DNA of 64,000 nucleotides from a virus: the IMG/VR virus record IMGVR_UViG_3300036772_000425, positions 10,924-74,923 of that record. One strand, 5' to 3'. This document shows, one piece after another, positions 9,200 through 18,663 of the stretch. The notes under the pieces were generated by a model. It ran no database searches. It had not been told where the DNA came from and saw nothing but the letters and a program-made list of their open reading frames with translations. Numbering within the stretch: position 1 is the stretch's first letter; the number at the start of each line of letters is the position of its first letter. A program made the position numbers and the translations under genes.

Positions 9200-9499
9200 T
9201 CAGGCTGACTTGGCGGCTCGTGGCGGCAGTCGAACCGGCTTGCCTTCACGGGGCGGGCGGGCGGCGCGTTTGGCCTTGTCGAGCTCCACCGTTGTCTTGA
9301 CGAGCTCTGCTGCCTTCAGCTTCAGCTCACGCAGACCCTTTCGGGTTCGAACGCCCGCCGCGGCGACGCCCTTGGCGTTCTTCACAACGTCGAGCTCCAA
9401 CTGTTCCATGATCGCCTTGAGCTCTGTCCACTTCGAGATCACCTGATTGTCAGAATCCATCTGTATCCTCCTGGTGATAGGTATGGTGCTCATGTACAT
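9200..9499 (-). CDS. Lys/Ala-rich histone H1-like / nucleoid-associated DNA-binding protein
   Basis: 99 aa: ...KGLRELKLKAAELVKTTVELDKAKRAARPPREGKPVRLPPRAAKSA. AGGAGG-like RBS (caggagga) upstream of the ATG at 9499. Confidence 0.5.
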   Translation of the reverse strand: MYMSTIPITRRIQMDSDNQVISKWTELKAIMEQLELDVVKNAKGVAAAGVRTRKGLRELKLKAAELVKTTVELDKAKRAARPPREGKPVRLPPRAAKSA

Positions 9500-9532
9500 C
9501 CATGAGACAATTTATCACATCACGTAGTCCTA

Positions 9533-11194
9533 TCAGGTCAATGCTTCCGTGAATTCCGGTGGAAACATGGCTGAATTACGACCGTAGAACCGTTCCCAAT
9601 CAGAATCGAGGATGTAGGAAACGGCATGGTCTGTCTCGTTCCTGATTGACCTTCCGAACGCCTGGATGATTGACCTGACAGTGGCTGCTGGGTACCACTC
9701 GGGTCGGCGCGCCTTCCGCATCTGGATGACTTGATCTCCCAGGTACGGGAACGGGATCTTGCAGAGGATCTGAAACCTGCTGGCATCGCCCGCGAGGTCC
9801 ACCCCCTCTGTCATAGATGGGCTCACCAACACCGTGGGTTCCGTGTTCGAGAGATGGAATTCGATCATCTCCTCCCTGTTTTCGCTATCGTGGATGATCA
9901 ACCTGGGAGATTTGATGGCATCCACCAGCTGTCGGGCAATCCGGTAGTTCACACAGTGGATGATGCCCTTGTCGTTGGCGTGCAGTTCCAACAGGTCCTT
10001 GACTACACCGATGACCTTCGGCAGGGTGCTTTCGATGTTGGCCTTCGACATGCTCCCGACCCCCAGGTAGTGGATGGGCCTGTTCTGGACCGGGAAGGGT
10101 GATGCGATGTGCAGGAATGCACAATCAGCAGGATCGATCCCGGACGTCGCGCAGAAGGTCTCCTTGTCCACGACCGTGGCTGACATCAGAAGGACCCTGG
10201 AACCGAACCTGTACAGGTGTTCGTGCCCGTACTCGGCCACGTCCACCGGCTTGAACTCGTACTTCTTCCCAGATTTTGCATCACCGAAGCTGGGCTGTGC
10301 CACGTTCATGACCCAGTTCCCAGGATCGTACGTTTCAATGAACCGATTGACCTTGCACAGGTGTTTGTCCAGAGCCTCAAAGCGCTTGCTAAGATCTCCC
10401 AGACCATCAGTTCCCGATGCATTGAACGAGCTTGAAAGGCGCTTCTCGAGCTCGTTCTTCGTCTTTGCGACTCCTTTCTTGTAGGGTCCCTTGATCCAGG
10501 CAAGCACCGTCTCCGTGAGGTTGTTCTTGGGAGACTTCACGCCCAGCTGTTTCGCGAAACGTTCAGAGAAGCTGACCTCGACGAACTTGCCGAGCTCATT
10601 CTCGATGTTGTGACACTCGTCGATCACGAGCAACGAACGAGGTTGAAGCTGCTTCGCGTACATCGTCTCAGCAAGGAAGTACGAGAAGTTCGTGATCCCA
10701 AGAGAGAACGCCATGAACTCTTGCTTGTCCATGGTGTACGGGCACGATGTCGTACAGCACTGCTGAAATGGCGTACCCAGCAGCTGAGTTTTGAGCTGCT
10801 TCAGGAGACGCCGAGCATCGGAACAGCGCATGTCGCTGTAGAATCGGCAGCTGTAGTTGTTGGCCGACTTCAAGGATCGCATCAGGTTCCGGCCAGAATC
10901 CTGGCCGAAATCGTCCATGTACTGTGCCTGCAGGATCTTCTGCGTGGTCAGGAAGTAGGAGCCCGTAGTTTCTTCCTTGACACCGTCGAGTTCGACGAAG
11001 GTCTGTCCACCATGCTCAGCCAGGTACCGAGCGATCGTCACCCCCACCGCTGATTTTCCGCACCCGGTGCCGAGCTCCAGGATGACGAACCGTTTCCCCT
11101 GCACCATGAAGGCATCGAGCGCGAATTCGATCGCGCGACGTTGCTCGTCCCGCATGCTCGTAAAGGGAAAATGGGAACGGTAGTCATGCATCAC
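9533..11194 (-). CDS. DinG/Rad3 (XPD)-family superfamily-2 DNA helicase
   Basis: Motif I ILELGTGCGKSAVGV, motif II LLVIDECHNIEN (DExH), C-terminal helicase domain. 553 aa. Confidence 0.75.
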   Translation of the reverse strand: MMHDYRSHFPFTSMRDEQRRAIEFALDAFMVQGKRFVILELGTGCGKSAVGVTIARYLAEHGGQTFVELDGVKEETTGSYFLTTQKILQAQYMDDFGQDSGRNLMRSLKSANNYSCRFYSDMRCSDARRLLKQLKTQLLGTPFQQCCTTSCPYTMDKQEFMAFSLGITNFSYFLAETMYAKQLQPRSLLVIDECHNIENELGKFVEVSFSERFAKQLGVKSPKNNLTETVLAWIKGPYKKGVAKTKNELEKRLSSSFNASGTDGLGDLSKRFEALDKHLCKVNRFIETYDPGNWVMNVAQPSFGDAKSGKKYEFKPVDVAEYGHEHLYRFGSRVLLMSATVVDKETFCATSGIDPADCAFLHIASPFPVQNRPIHYLGVGSMSKANIESTLPKVIGVVKDLLELHANDKGIIHCVNYRIARQLVDAIKSPRLIIHDSENREEMIEFHLSNTEPTVLVSPSMTEGVDLAGDASRFQILCKIPFPYLGDQVIQMRKARRPEWYPAATVRSIIQAFGRSIRNETDHAVSYILDSDWERFYGRNSAMFPPEFTEALT

Positions 11195-11236
11195 ATGGCA
11201 CTGTAGGCCATGTGGAGACCACGCTACACCGCAGGA

Positions 11237-11839
11237 TCACCTGCGGGGATTCAGGATCCTGTCCACGATGCCAAGCTTCACCGCCTTTTCGGGCGTTACG
11301 TAGAAGTCGACCTTGGGATCCATGATCTTCTTCACCTGCGCCGTCGACATCTTGGTTTCCCTCGCGAGGGCGCCCACCATCAGGTCGTGCAAGCGTCTGC
11401 ACTCCTTTGACTGGTTTTCCATTTCGAAAACGTTACCGAAGGCGCCGCCCGACAGGGAGTGCATCATGATCCTGGCGTTTCCGCCGATCGATCGATGTCC
11501 CTTGGCTCCCGCGGCGAGCAGGAGAACACCGGCTGACATCACCTTGCCGAGACCGATGGTGTGAACTGGGCACGGAAGGAACTTGATGGTATCGTACAGG
11601 CTGAACATCTCATCGACCGAACCACCGTACGTCGACACGACGAGATTGATCGGTTCTCTGTTGATGTTGGCAAAGTGCAGGAGCTGTGCGATGACACTGG
11701 CGATAGACCCCTCAGTCACCTCACCGTGAAGGAAGACAATCCTTTGTGAATCCTGCTGCACCTGCATGTCCTGACCCACCAGCGTCATGGACTCTTCGTT
11801 CAACGACGTAGCGCGCACCTCGACTGTTGGCCTACCCAT
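11237..11839 (-). CDS. clpP: ClpP-like serine protease
   Basis: VFLHGEVTEGSIASVIAQLLHFANINREPINLVVSTYGGSVDEMFSLYDTIKF...GKVMSAGVLLLAAGAKGHRSIGGNARIMMHSLSGGAFG, a ClpP fold with the catalytic Ser context (MSAG). Confidence 0.8.
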   Translation of the reverse strand: MGRPTVEVRATSLNEESMTLVGQDMQVQQDSQRIVFLHGEVTEGSIASVIAQLLHFANINREPINLVVSTYGGSVDEMFSLYDTIKFLPCPVHTIGLGKVMSAGVLLLAAGAKGHRSIGGNARIMMHSLSGGAFGNVFEMENQSKECRRLHDLMVGALARETKMSTAQVKKIMDPKVDFYVTPEKAVKLGIVDRILNPRR

Positions 11840-11842
11840 GGT

Positions 11843-12103
11843 TCAACCTCCGATGATTTCTTGAGCAGTTTCTGGAGCACCGATCAGGAACAGTTCTTCA
11901 CCGCCCACGTCCCTGATCGCAGCGGTCAATTCTTTCATCTGTTCAACGTTCTCCAGTTCCATCGCCAGCAGGTACATGACCATCAACGTCTGGCGCTGCG
12001 TGATGCCGAAGTTCATGATCTCCCTGACCATCTGACGACAGATCAGGTTCTCATCAGCGACACGATCCGACTGGAGCTTGCCGTACAAGGCAACCGGGTT
12101 CAC
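11843..12103 (-). CDS. Hypothetical protein
   Basis: 86-aa ORF tightly packed in the minus-strand operon (4-nt gap to ClpP). Confidence 0.45.
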   Translation of the reverse strand: MNPVALYGKLQSDRVADENLICRQMVREIMNFGITQRQTLMVMYLLAMELENVEQMKELTAAIRDVGGEELFLIGAPETAQEIIGG

Positions 12104-12579
12104 CCTGTCACCTCCTCGCGGGTGAACGATTCGACCTTGAACATGTTCTCTCCCATGATCCTAACGTATTTCCCTTGCCTTGTGCCGTCCACCTCATCGG
12201 TGCTCAGGACGAGGAAGTCACCCCACCGCTTGTTCTCCAGGATGAAGGATGCCATCTCCCACGTCGGAAGATCTGCTCGGTTTGAATCCAGGATGCTGGC
12301 AAGGTTGGCCGGCAACGACGGCCGCAGCTCGTCTACCGTCATGATCGAACCCATCTCTTCCCGGTTGACGATGACGGACCGGCAGATGTCGACCACCTTG
12401 TGCACGACACCGCAGTTGTTGCACTGGGAGAACTTGACGTTGACGGTCGAATCATCGTTCATGGAAGAGAAAACCGTGAACTGGTGACGCGGCGGATCCG
12501 GTCGATTCTTGAACTGCGACATGACGCAGCGGCAGGTGATGAGATGTTTCAGCCCAGACGCCACTTCAGAGTTCTCCAT
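12100..12579 (-). CDS. Hypothetical protein
   Basis: 159-aa ORF. Overlaps the downstream gene start by 4 nt (ATGA-type coupling). Confidence 0.5.
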   Translation of the reverse strand: MENSEVASGLKHLITCRCVMSQFKNRPDPPRHQFTVFSSMNDDSTVNVKFSQCNNCGVVHKVVDICRSVIVNREEMGSIMTVDELRPSLPANLASILDSNRADLPTWEMASFILENKRWGDFLVLSTDEVDGTRQGKYVRIMGENMFKVESFTREEVTG

Positions 12580-12604
12580 TCATTCCGGAGCAGTTCGCCC
12601 AAGC

Positions 12605-12886
12605 TTACTTTTTTTTGGTCCGAGGTGGCGTTTCGGCCGGGAGTTCCTGCTCCAGCTTCGACACGATCGCATCGACAGTTCTGTTGAACGTCCGGCTCGC
12701 CTTGTGCCCACCCTCCTCGACGGAGGCGTTCACCATGACCAAGAGCTTTGCAAGGTCATCTCCCTTGATCGGCATCTTTCCTTGTGTCGAAGCCTGCAGC
12801 AGGTTTGCCGCCAGGGAATCCTTGACCGCCTCGACGATGGTCCAGGAGGCTCGGTTGATCTGTTCGCGAGGATCGAGTTTGCTCAT
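12605..12886 (-). CDS. Hypothetical protein
   Basis: 93-aa ORF ending ...PPRTKKK. Chosen over overlapping plus-strand ORFs because it is collinear with the minus-strand operon. Confidence 0.4.
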   Translation of the reverse strand: MSKLDPREQINRASWTIVEAVKDSLAANLLQASTQGKMPIKGDDLAKLLVMVNASVEEGGHKASRTFNRTVDAIVSKLEQELPAETPPRTKKK

Positions 12887-12955
12887 GAAGTGTACCTTCG
12901 TAGCTAACTCTACACCGCCTACTTAGACCCAGTAAACGGAGCTTCGCAGAACACC

Positions 12956-14083
12956 ATGGCACAATCTCTCAAGGAAACCTACCAGAAGCGGCAGATCGAA
13001 CGGCTCAAGCACCGGCTTCCGTCCATCGAAGATCACCTGATGATGGAGGCCTACGATGCCCAGCTGCTCGTGGAGGTCATGGATCAGCAGGACCTCGACA
13101 AGGTCGCGGCGATCGTCAAGAAACTTGACACCATCAAGAGCGCCGCGGGCAACGACCTCCCAGCCCTTACCGATGCGATCGATCAGGCCCAAGCAGAACT
13201 CAACAAGTACACGGCAGGTGGCCCCATCACGGCTGCATGGACCAAGCTGAAGCAAAAGGTTGGGATCGACAACCCGATCGTGAAGATCGCAACGTTCAGC
13301 AACGCCCTAGAGCAGGGTTTCAAGCAGCTGCCGCAGATCCTGAAGAACAACGGCATCGACATCAAGAACCTGAACAACGACGGGAACGTGAGGTTGGTGG
13401 ACGCTGTCGCTCGTCAGCTCGACAAAAAATCGGGACAGCAGGGCAATCCCAAATCATCTGGGAACACTCCGCCTAAAATGGGAGAGGCAGATGCTCCGAC
13501 GATCAGCACGCATGACATCGAATCGATGCACCGATCAGATTCGAGCAAGGCTGCGGGACAACGGGTCAAGAACATCGTGGATCAGATCAGGAAGTCGTTG
13601 GCCCCGAGCGGGATCTTCGGTGCCTTCAAGAAGATCCCGTACGTGGACGGTGATGCGCTGGCGCAGGCCCTCAGCAATTCCCATGTTTCAACGTTGATCA
13701 AGATCTCGCAGGCCGTCACCAGCGGTCCGCAGACGAGCGAGATCGCGCCAGACCTGAAATCAAACGTGATGGGAGGCGGCGAGGCGCAGAACAAGGCCAC
13801 GAACCCAGAGCAGGACACGAAACCCAACAGCCAGACCGGATCCTCGGCCCCAAGCTCGACGACAACATCGCCCGCAAACTCTACGGCGACCGGTCAGGTG
13901 CCGGCGCAAGGTCCCGGTGAGCAGCGCGGCGGAGGATCCAAGCCCGCAAAGCTGGAGGATGGTTCGGTCCAGAGCATCGCCAACTTCATCTCGAAGCAGA
14001 CAAAGGCCGACCCTGCGACCACGTTGAAGATCCTGACTGCGCTCAACAACAACGGAAAGCTGCGCGAAACCGTCAAGAAATGA
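12956..14083 (+). CDS. Hypothetical protein with low-complexity Ser/Thr/Pro/Gly-rich C-terminal region
   Basis: 375 aa. Coiled-coil-like N-terminal half; C-terminus NSQTGSSAPSSTTTSPANSTATGQVPAQGPGEQRGGGSK. Confidence 0.5.
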   Translation: MAQSLKETYQKRQIERLKHRLPSIEDHLMMEAYDAQLLVEVMDQQDLDKVAAIVKKLDTIKSAAGNDLPALTDAIDQAQAELNKYTAGGPITAAWTKLKQKVGIDNPIVKIATFSNALEQGFKQLPQILKNNGIDIKNLNNDGNVRLVDAVARQLDKKSGQQGNPKSSGNTPPKMGEADAPTISTHDIESMHRSDSSKAAGQRVKNIVDQIRKSLAPSGIFGAFKKIPYVDGDALAQALSNSHVSTLIKISQAVTSGPQTSEIAPDLKSNVMGGGEAQNKATNPEQDTKPNSQTGSSAPSSTTTSPANSTATGQVPAQGPGEQRGGGSKPAKLEDGSVQSIANFISKQTKADPATTLKILTALNNNGKLRETVKK

Positions 14084-15347
14084 TGGCACCCAGTGCCGCA
14101 AGCGTCTTCAAGCACGCGGCGGCATGGAACGTGGCCGCCGCATGGGTGGCCGCCAACGATCCTTCATGAACCCCGTGCTGAACAGTCGACCTGATGGTCC
14201 GCAGCACGGTGTCGATGGCCTGAGCCTTTTGAACAAAATTCATGTCATCGACCAGGCGCACCACGACATGGTTGGGCGTCAGTGTTCTGATGCGCTTGTC
14301 GAGCAAGGCCCCCAGATCGTCCACGGATTCTTCGTCGCGGCGAGCCCTCAGGGTGTTGACATGGGCGAACACCTGCTTACGTGTTGACCTGGAAACTAGG
14401 GAGATTCGGGAGGGTGCCACGTCGATCCGATCCACGACCGGAAGTTCATTGATCCTGATCGAGCTGATCAGATCACCCTTCAGGCTGGACACAAGGTCAC
14501 ACCCCGCGATCGTTGCAATGTCGTTCAGCGTGTTCATGCCCTCCAGGTCGAAAGGGACTGCGCACAGGACGACACGTAGGTGCCCTCTATCGTAGTTGAT
14601 CTTCAGCGTTTGTTTGACGTCTTCCGCCGCGCCCCTGACGAAAATTGCACAGGGTTCCTTGGTCTCAGCGGCCGATTCGAGCAGGTGATGGATCTCAGAG
14701 ACTGATTCGATGAGACCGTCGATGCACGCAACCCGGGGCAGAAGCAGCGAACAATCGATGGAGAACAACGGTCTGAGGTCGAAGGTGTACCCACTGACGA
14801 GCTCCACTGAGTTCACACCAGATGCTGATTTTTCAACTATGATCTTACCACGTAGTCCGGCCAACCGCACGGCCTCCTTACACACAGCGCTGGTGAAAGG
14901 ATCACTGTTGATTTCAATGATGTCGTGCAGCTCATGTTCCGAGGCGTGGAGGCCGAACTTCGGTTGGATCGGATCTGTCTTCAGGACCATGATCTCCAAC
15001 ATGGCATTCAACGATCCGGGGCTGATGCGTTCAGCCCTCAGCCCATGGTTCAACACGATCTCATGGATCAGTTGGTGCGGAACGCTCCCGGATTTGAAAT
15101 CGAAGATCCCCTGCAGTTGGGTTTTGATGCGTGGACCCGTGGATGCCTGTGCCAGGCTGGTCCTGATCGGAAGGATCCTTGCGATCTGATCCTTCACGTC
15201 ATCGATGACCGCTGGAACCTCTGATGTCATGATGCCCATGTTGGGCATCGTACTCAGGGGGTGAAGTGTATGTGCCCAGCAAGGAAATCGTACAGCAACT
15301 TCCCCAGTCCCGCTAGGGCACCTGTGCCCAGAAAACCAAGGAACCAC
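14073..15347 (-). CDS. Truncated GroEL-like (Cpn60 apical/intermediate-domain) protein lacking the N-terminal ATP-binding motif
   Basis: [29 protein letters not shown] ~ GroEL [60 protein letters not shown] ~ [30 protein letters not shown]. C-terminal [27 protein letters not shown] ~ [24 protein letters not shown]. No GDGTTTATVLA-type motif is present. The true start is probably [8 protein letters not shown]/MTSEV (~15240). Confidence 0.6.
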   Translation of the reverse strand: [424 protein letters not shown]

Positions 15348-15676
15348 TTCAGGCTACGCGAAGCGGTATCAATCCATTGAGAGTTGGACTTGACCTTGTG
15401 ATACAGCCCGGTGTCAGGGTCGAGCACGACCTCGTGGATCGCAGTGATCTTTTTACTGTCTTCTTCGCGCGATCTCTGCAATTGCTCTGTGACAGATTCG
15501 ATCTTCTCCACCTTTTCAACGAGCTTATCGAAGCCTCCGTTCATCACGGGTCTCTCAAGCTTCAGCTCAAGCTTCTCCAGGACCTTATCCTGGGCCTCGA
15601 GCGAGGCAGTGACAAAATCCTCAAAATCATCACGATCTCCGTTGGGCCGGGGGCTCGGTCTACGATGTGATGGCAT
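15254..15676 (-). CDS. Hypothetical coiled-coil protein with C-terminal hydrophobic segment
   Basis: 140 aa. KVLEKLELKLERP...VEKVEKIESVTEQLQRSREE, then WFLGFLGTGALAGLGKLLYDFLAG (probable transmembrane segment). Confidence 0.45.
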   Translation of the reverse strand: MPSHRRPSPRPNGDRDDFEDFVTASLEAQDKVLEKLELKLERPVMNGGFDKLVEKVEKIESVTEQLQRSREEDSKKITAIHEVVLDPDTGLYHKVKSNSQWIDTASRSLKWFLGFLGTGALAGLGKLLYDFLAGHIHFTP

Positions 15677-15887
15677 GGACCCTCGAGTGCGCCTCTTGAT
15701 CTAGCTATTTCAGTACCCTGATCTCCAGAGGACTGATCAGATCTAGATCAGGATCTAGAAAATGTTCAACCGACGCGCTGCATGCGAACCAGTCTGTCTA
15801 ATTACCGAAGCGATCCAGAAGTTCGCACTCGTTGTGCAAGGTTCCTGAGACCATGAACAGAACACAGTCGGGCTGTACGATCGTAGC

Positions 15888-17885
15888 GTGCAATTCGACC
15901 TCACCAAGAGCGTCTTCGGAACAGAGATCAGGATCCCAGCTACTGCCGAGGTGATCTTCGTCTCTGACATGTTCATCCAGGATTATGTCGGTGGTGCAGA
16001 GCTGACCACCGAGGCCCTGATCTCAAGCTCACCCTACGAGATCTTCAAGATCAGGTCGAAGGATGTGACCCTGGAACTGCTGCGATCGGCCGCCGATCGC
16101 TTCTGGATCTTTGGGAACTTCGCGGAGCTGAACCCACAACTCCTCCCCAGCATCATCGGGAACATCCGGTACTCTGTCCTTGAGTACGACTACAAGATGT
16201 GCCGGGCACGATCGCCTGAGAAGCATTTTGCGGTGCTCGGTACCCCCTGCGATTGCTCAGCTCAGCAGAGTGGGCAGATGATCAGCACCTTCTACTACGG
16301 ATCCATGGGCATGTGGTGGATGTCGGAGGCGCAGAAACAACGGTACTTCACTGCGTTCCCATCCCTGGCCGAGAAACCCAGCACAGTCCTTTCCAGCGTC
16401 TTCGACCCGACCACGTTGTCCAGGATCGTCCAGCTTCGAGAGGTCCACAGGGATCGGAGCGGTTGGATCGTCCTCGGATCGTCGTCCTGGATCAAGGGAG
16501 CACAGGCGGCTGAGCAGTGGTGCAAGGACACCGGTCGAAAGTACGAAATTGTATGGAACCTGCCTTACGAGCAGCTGCTAGAAAAATTGGCATGCTCTGA
16601 AGGGTTCGTCTACCTCCCGCCCGGGGGCGATACATGTCCGCGGATGGTCATCGAGGCAAAGCTGCTGGGTTGCCAGCTGCACCTGAACGATAACGTTCAA
16701 CATCGCCATGAACCTTGGTTCGCCACTGACGACCTAGGTTCAATTGCGGCCCACCTAGCCGCGGCGCCCGGCGTTTTTTGGGCCGGGATCAAGCGGATGC
16801 TCGAGTACAGGCCTTGCATCTCAGGGTACACCACTACGTACAATTGCGTGCAGCAGGAGTACCCGTTCGTGCAGAGCATCAAATCGATGCTGCAGTTCTG
16901 CGATGAGGTGTGCATCGTCGACGGTGGATCGACGGACGCTACGTTCGACAAGCTCGTTGAGCTTGCGTACGGACCACGCACGCAGGTTTGTGACATCGAG
17001 GATCTGAAGTGCTTGAGTCACCTTGGCTCCCAGTTCGATTTCCCGGATTCCATCAACGGTAGGTCCAAGGATCGGAGGGTGAAGGTGCGGATCATCCGGC
17101 GCGATCGGAACATGCCTGGGTTCGCGGCATTCGATGGCATTCAGAAGGCTGAGGCCCGGGCCCTGTGTACCAAGGAATTCTGCTGGCAGATGGACAGCGA
17201 TGAGGTCGTGCACGAGGACGATGCACCTCGAATCGGTGCCATGTGCCGGGTGATCCCGAACGAGGTGGATATCCTTGCCTTGCCCGTCATCGAGTACTGG
17301 GGCTCAACAGAGAAGATCAGGGTCGATGTCCAGCCCTGGAAGTGGCGCTTGAGCCGCAACCTGCCCCACATTACCCACGGCATTCCGATCGACATGAGAC
17401 GAACGAAACCCGATGGGTCCTCGTACGCGGTTCCCGGCACCGATGGGTGCGACATGATCGATGCGTTCAGCGGTGAACGGTTGCAGTTCGTCAGCTTCTA
17501 CCCCACAGAGGTTGAGGCATGCAGGCAGGCAGCCATGCAAGGGAATTCTCAGGCCCTAGCACAGTACCAGCAATGGTTCAACCAGGTCATCACGGGTCTG
17601 CCCTCCGTCTTCCACTACAGCTGGCTCAACCTGCCCCGCAAGATGCGGTTGTACCGTGACTACTGGCAGAATCACTGGAACTCATTGTGGGACAAGGATG
17701 TCTCTGACACCGCAGAGAACAACATGATGTTCAGCACACCCTGGAGCCAGGTGACAGACGATGACATCTCCCGCAAGACGACTGAACTCATGCAGATCGG
17801 TGGTTGGATCTGGCACCGTCCCTGGCACGGCGAATTCACCCCTTGGTTGACGTGCGTTCGTCAGCAACCCAAGGTGATGCTGTGA
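15888..17885 (+). CDS. Two-domain glycosyltransferase (C-terminal GT2-like domain)
   Basis: 665 aa. C-terminal half CIVDGGSTDATFDKLVEL (GT2 DGGSTD-type motif). GTG start at 15888. First gene of the plus-strand glycan island. Confidence 0.6.
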   Translation: MQFDLTKSVFGTEIRIPATAEVIFVSDMFIQDYVGGAELTTEALISSSPYEIFKIRSKDVTLELLRSAADRFWIFGNFAELNPQLLPSIIGNIRYSVLEYDYKMCRARSPEKHFAVLGTPCDCSAQQSGQMISTFYYGSMGMWWMSEAQKQRYFTAFPSLAEKPSTVLSSVFDPTTLSRIVQLREVHRDRSGWIVLGSSSWIKGAQAAEQWCKDTGRKYEIVWNLPYEQLLEKLACSEGFVYLPPGGDTCPRMVIEAKLLGCQLHLNDNVQHRHEPWFATDDLGSIAAHLAAAPGVFWAGIKRMLEYRPCISGYTTTYNCVQQEYPFVQSIKSMLQFCDEVCIVDGGSTDATFDKLVELAYGPRTQVCDIEDLKCLSHLGSQFDFPDSINGRSKDRRVKVRIIRRDRNMPGFAAFDGIQKAEARALCTKEFCWQMDSDEVVHEDDAPRIGAMCRVIPNEVDILALPVIEYWGSTEKIRVDVQPWKWRLSRNLPHITHGIPIDMRRTKPDGSSYAVPGTDGCDMIDAFSGERLQFVSFYPTEVEACRQAAMQGNSQALAQYQQWFNQVITGLPSVFHYSWLNLPRKMRLYRDYWQNHWNSLWDKDVSDTAENNMMFSTPWSQVTDDDISRKTTELMQIGGWIWHRPWHGEFTPWLTCVRQQPKVML

Positions 17886-17934
17886 CTCAAAACTTTGGAC
17901 CGCAGGGTGGGTACAGTCACCAGCTGAGGACAAA

Positions 17935-18663
17935 ATGAAGCACGTTCACATCAAGGAGAAGCTCCACACGATGGGAGTTCCGCTGGAATCCATCGTGATG
18001 GGGGACTTCGATTTCATCGGAGAGTTCACGGCGAAGCGCGATCGTCATCCCTCCGATCCGAACTACAAGACAGCCGGAGCCTTCTACCGTTCGAACTACG
18101 AACGAGGGATCCTGATCTACAACCTGATCAGGAAACACAACCTCACCTCCATGCTTGAGATCGGTTTTGGTCGAGGTTACGCAACCTTCTGTGCCGCCCG
18201 AGCCTTCTACGACGCCGGAGTGGAAGGTAAGATCGTAACGATCGACCCAGCGCTGGACGAGAAGTACCTGCAAGCGCTTAGCCAGATCTTCCCGAAGGAA
18301 TGGTTCAAGTGCATCCAGTTCGCCAAGGGCACCTCGCAGCAGATCCTACCCACCCTGACGGATTCATTCGACCTGGTCTACATCGATGGTGATCACTCGT
18401 ATGAGGGTACCAAGCACGACTGGGAGCTCACCAAGGAACGTTGGAACCGGTTCATGCTTTTCGACGACTACCACCTGCCGTCGAAGGTCGACAAGGGTAC
18501 CATCCAGTGCAGCCAGCTGATCGATGAGATCGTTGATCCCAGCAAGGAACTGATCATCATGGATCGGAGAATTTTCGTGGACGAACGTCACCTCCCGGAT
18601 GACATGATCGACTACGGGCAGGTTCTGCTGTCCAAACTGGGCGAGGCTCGCGATGACTGGTGA
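17935..18663 (+). CDS. Class I SAM-dependent methyltransferase (TylF/CmcI-like O-methyltransferase family)
   Basis: MLEIGFGRGYATFCAA...GKIVTIDPALD...LVYIDGDHSYEGTKHDWELT, typical of Methyltransf_24-type sugar O-methyltransferases. Confidence 0.65.
   Translation: MKHVHIKEKLHTMGVPLESIVMGDFDFIGEFTAKRDRHPSDPNYKTAGAFYRSNYERGILIYNLIRKHNLTSMLEIGFGRGYATFCAARAFYDAGVEGKIVTIDPALDEKYLQALSQIFPKEWFKCIQFAKGTSQQILPTLTDSFDLVYIDGDHSYEGTKHDWELTKERWNRFMLFDDYHLPSKVDKGTIQCSQLIDEIVDPSKELIIMDRRIFVDERHLPDDMIDYGQVLLSKLGEARDDW

Noticed and set aside
12594-12616. Run of nine T (plus strand) that looked like the tail of a rho-independent terminator
   Set aside because: No stable stem-loop precedes it on either strand. 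On the minus strand it simply encodes the terminal KKK of ORF 12605..12886.
13760-14115. Minus-strand ORFs that might have continued the GroEL-like gene after a frameshift
   Set aside because: Their translations (R/G/C-rich) show no chaperonin similarity. The region is occupied by the plus-strand gene 12956..14083.
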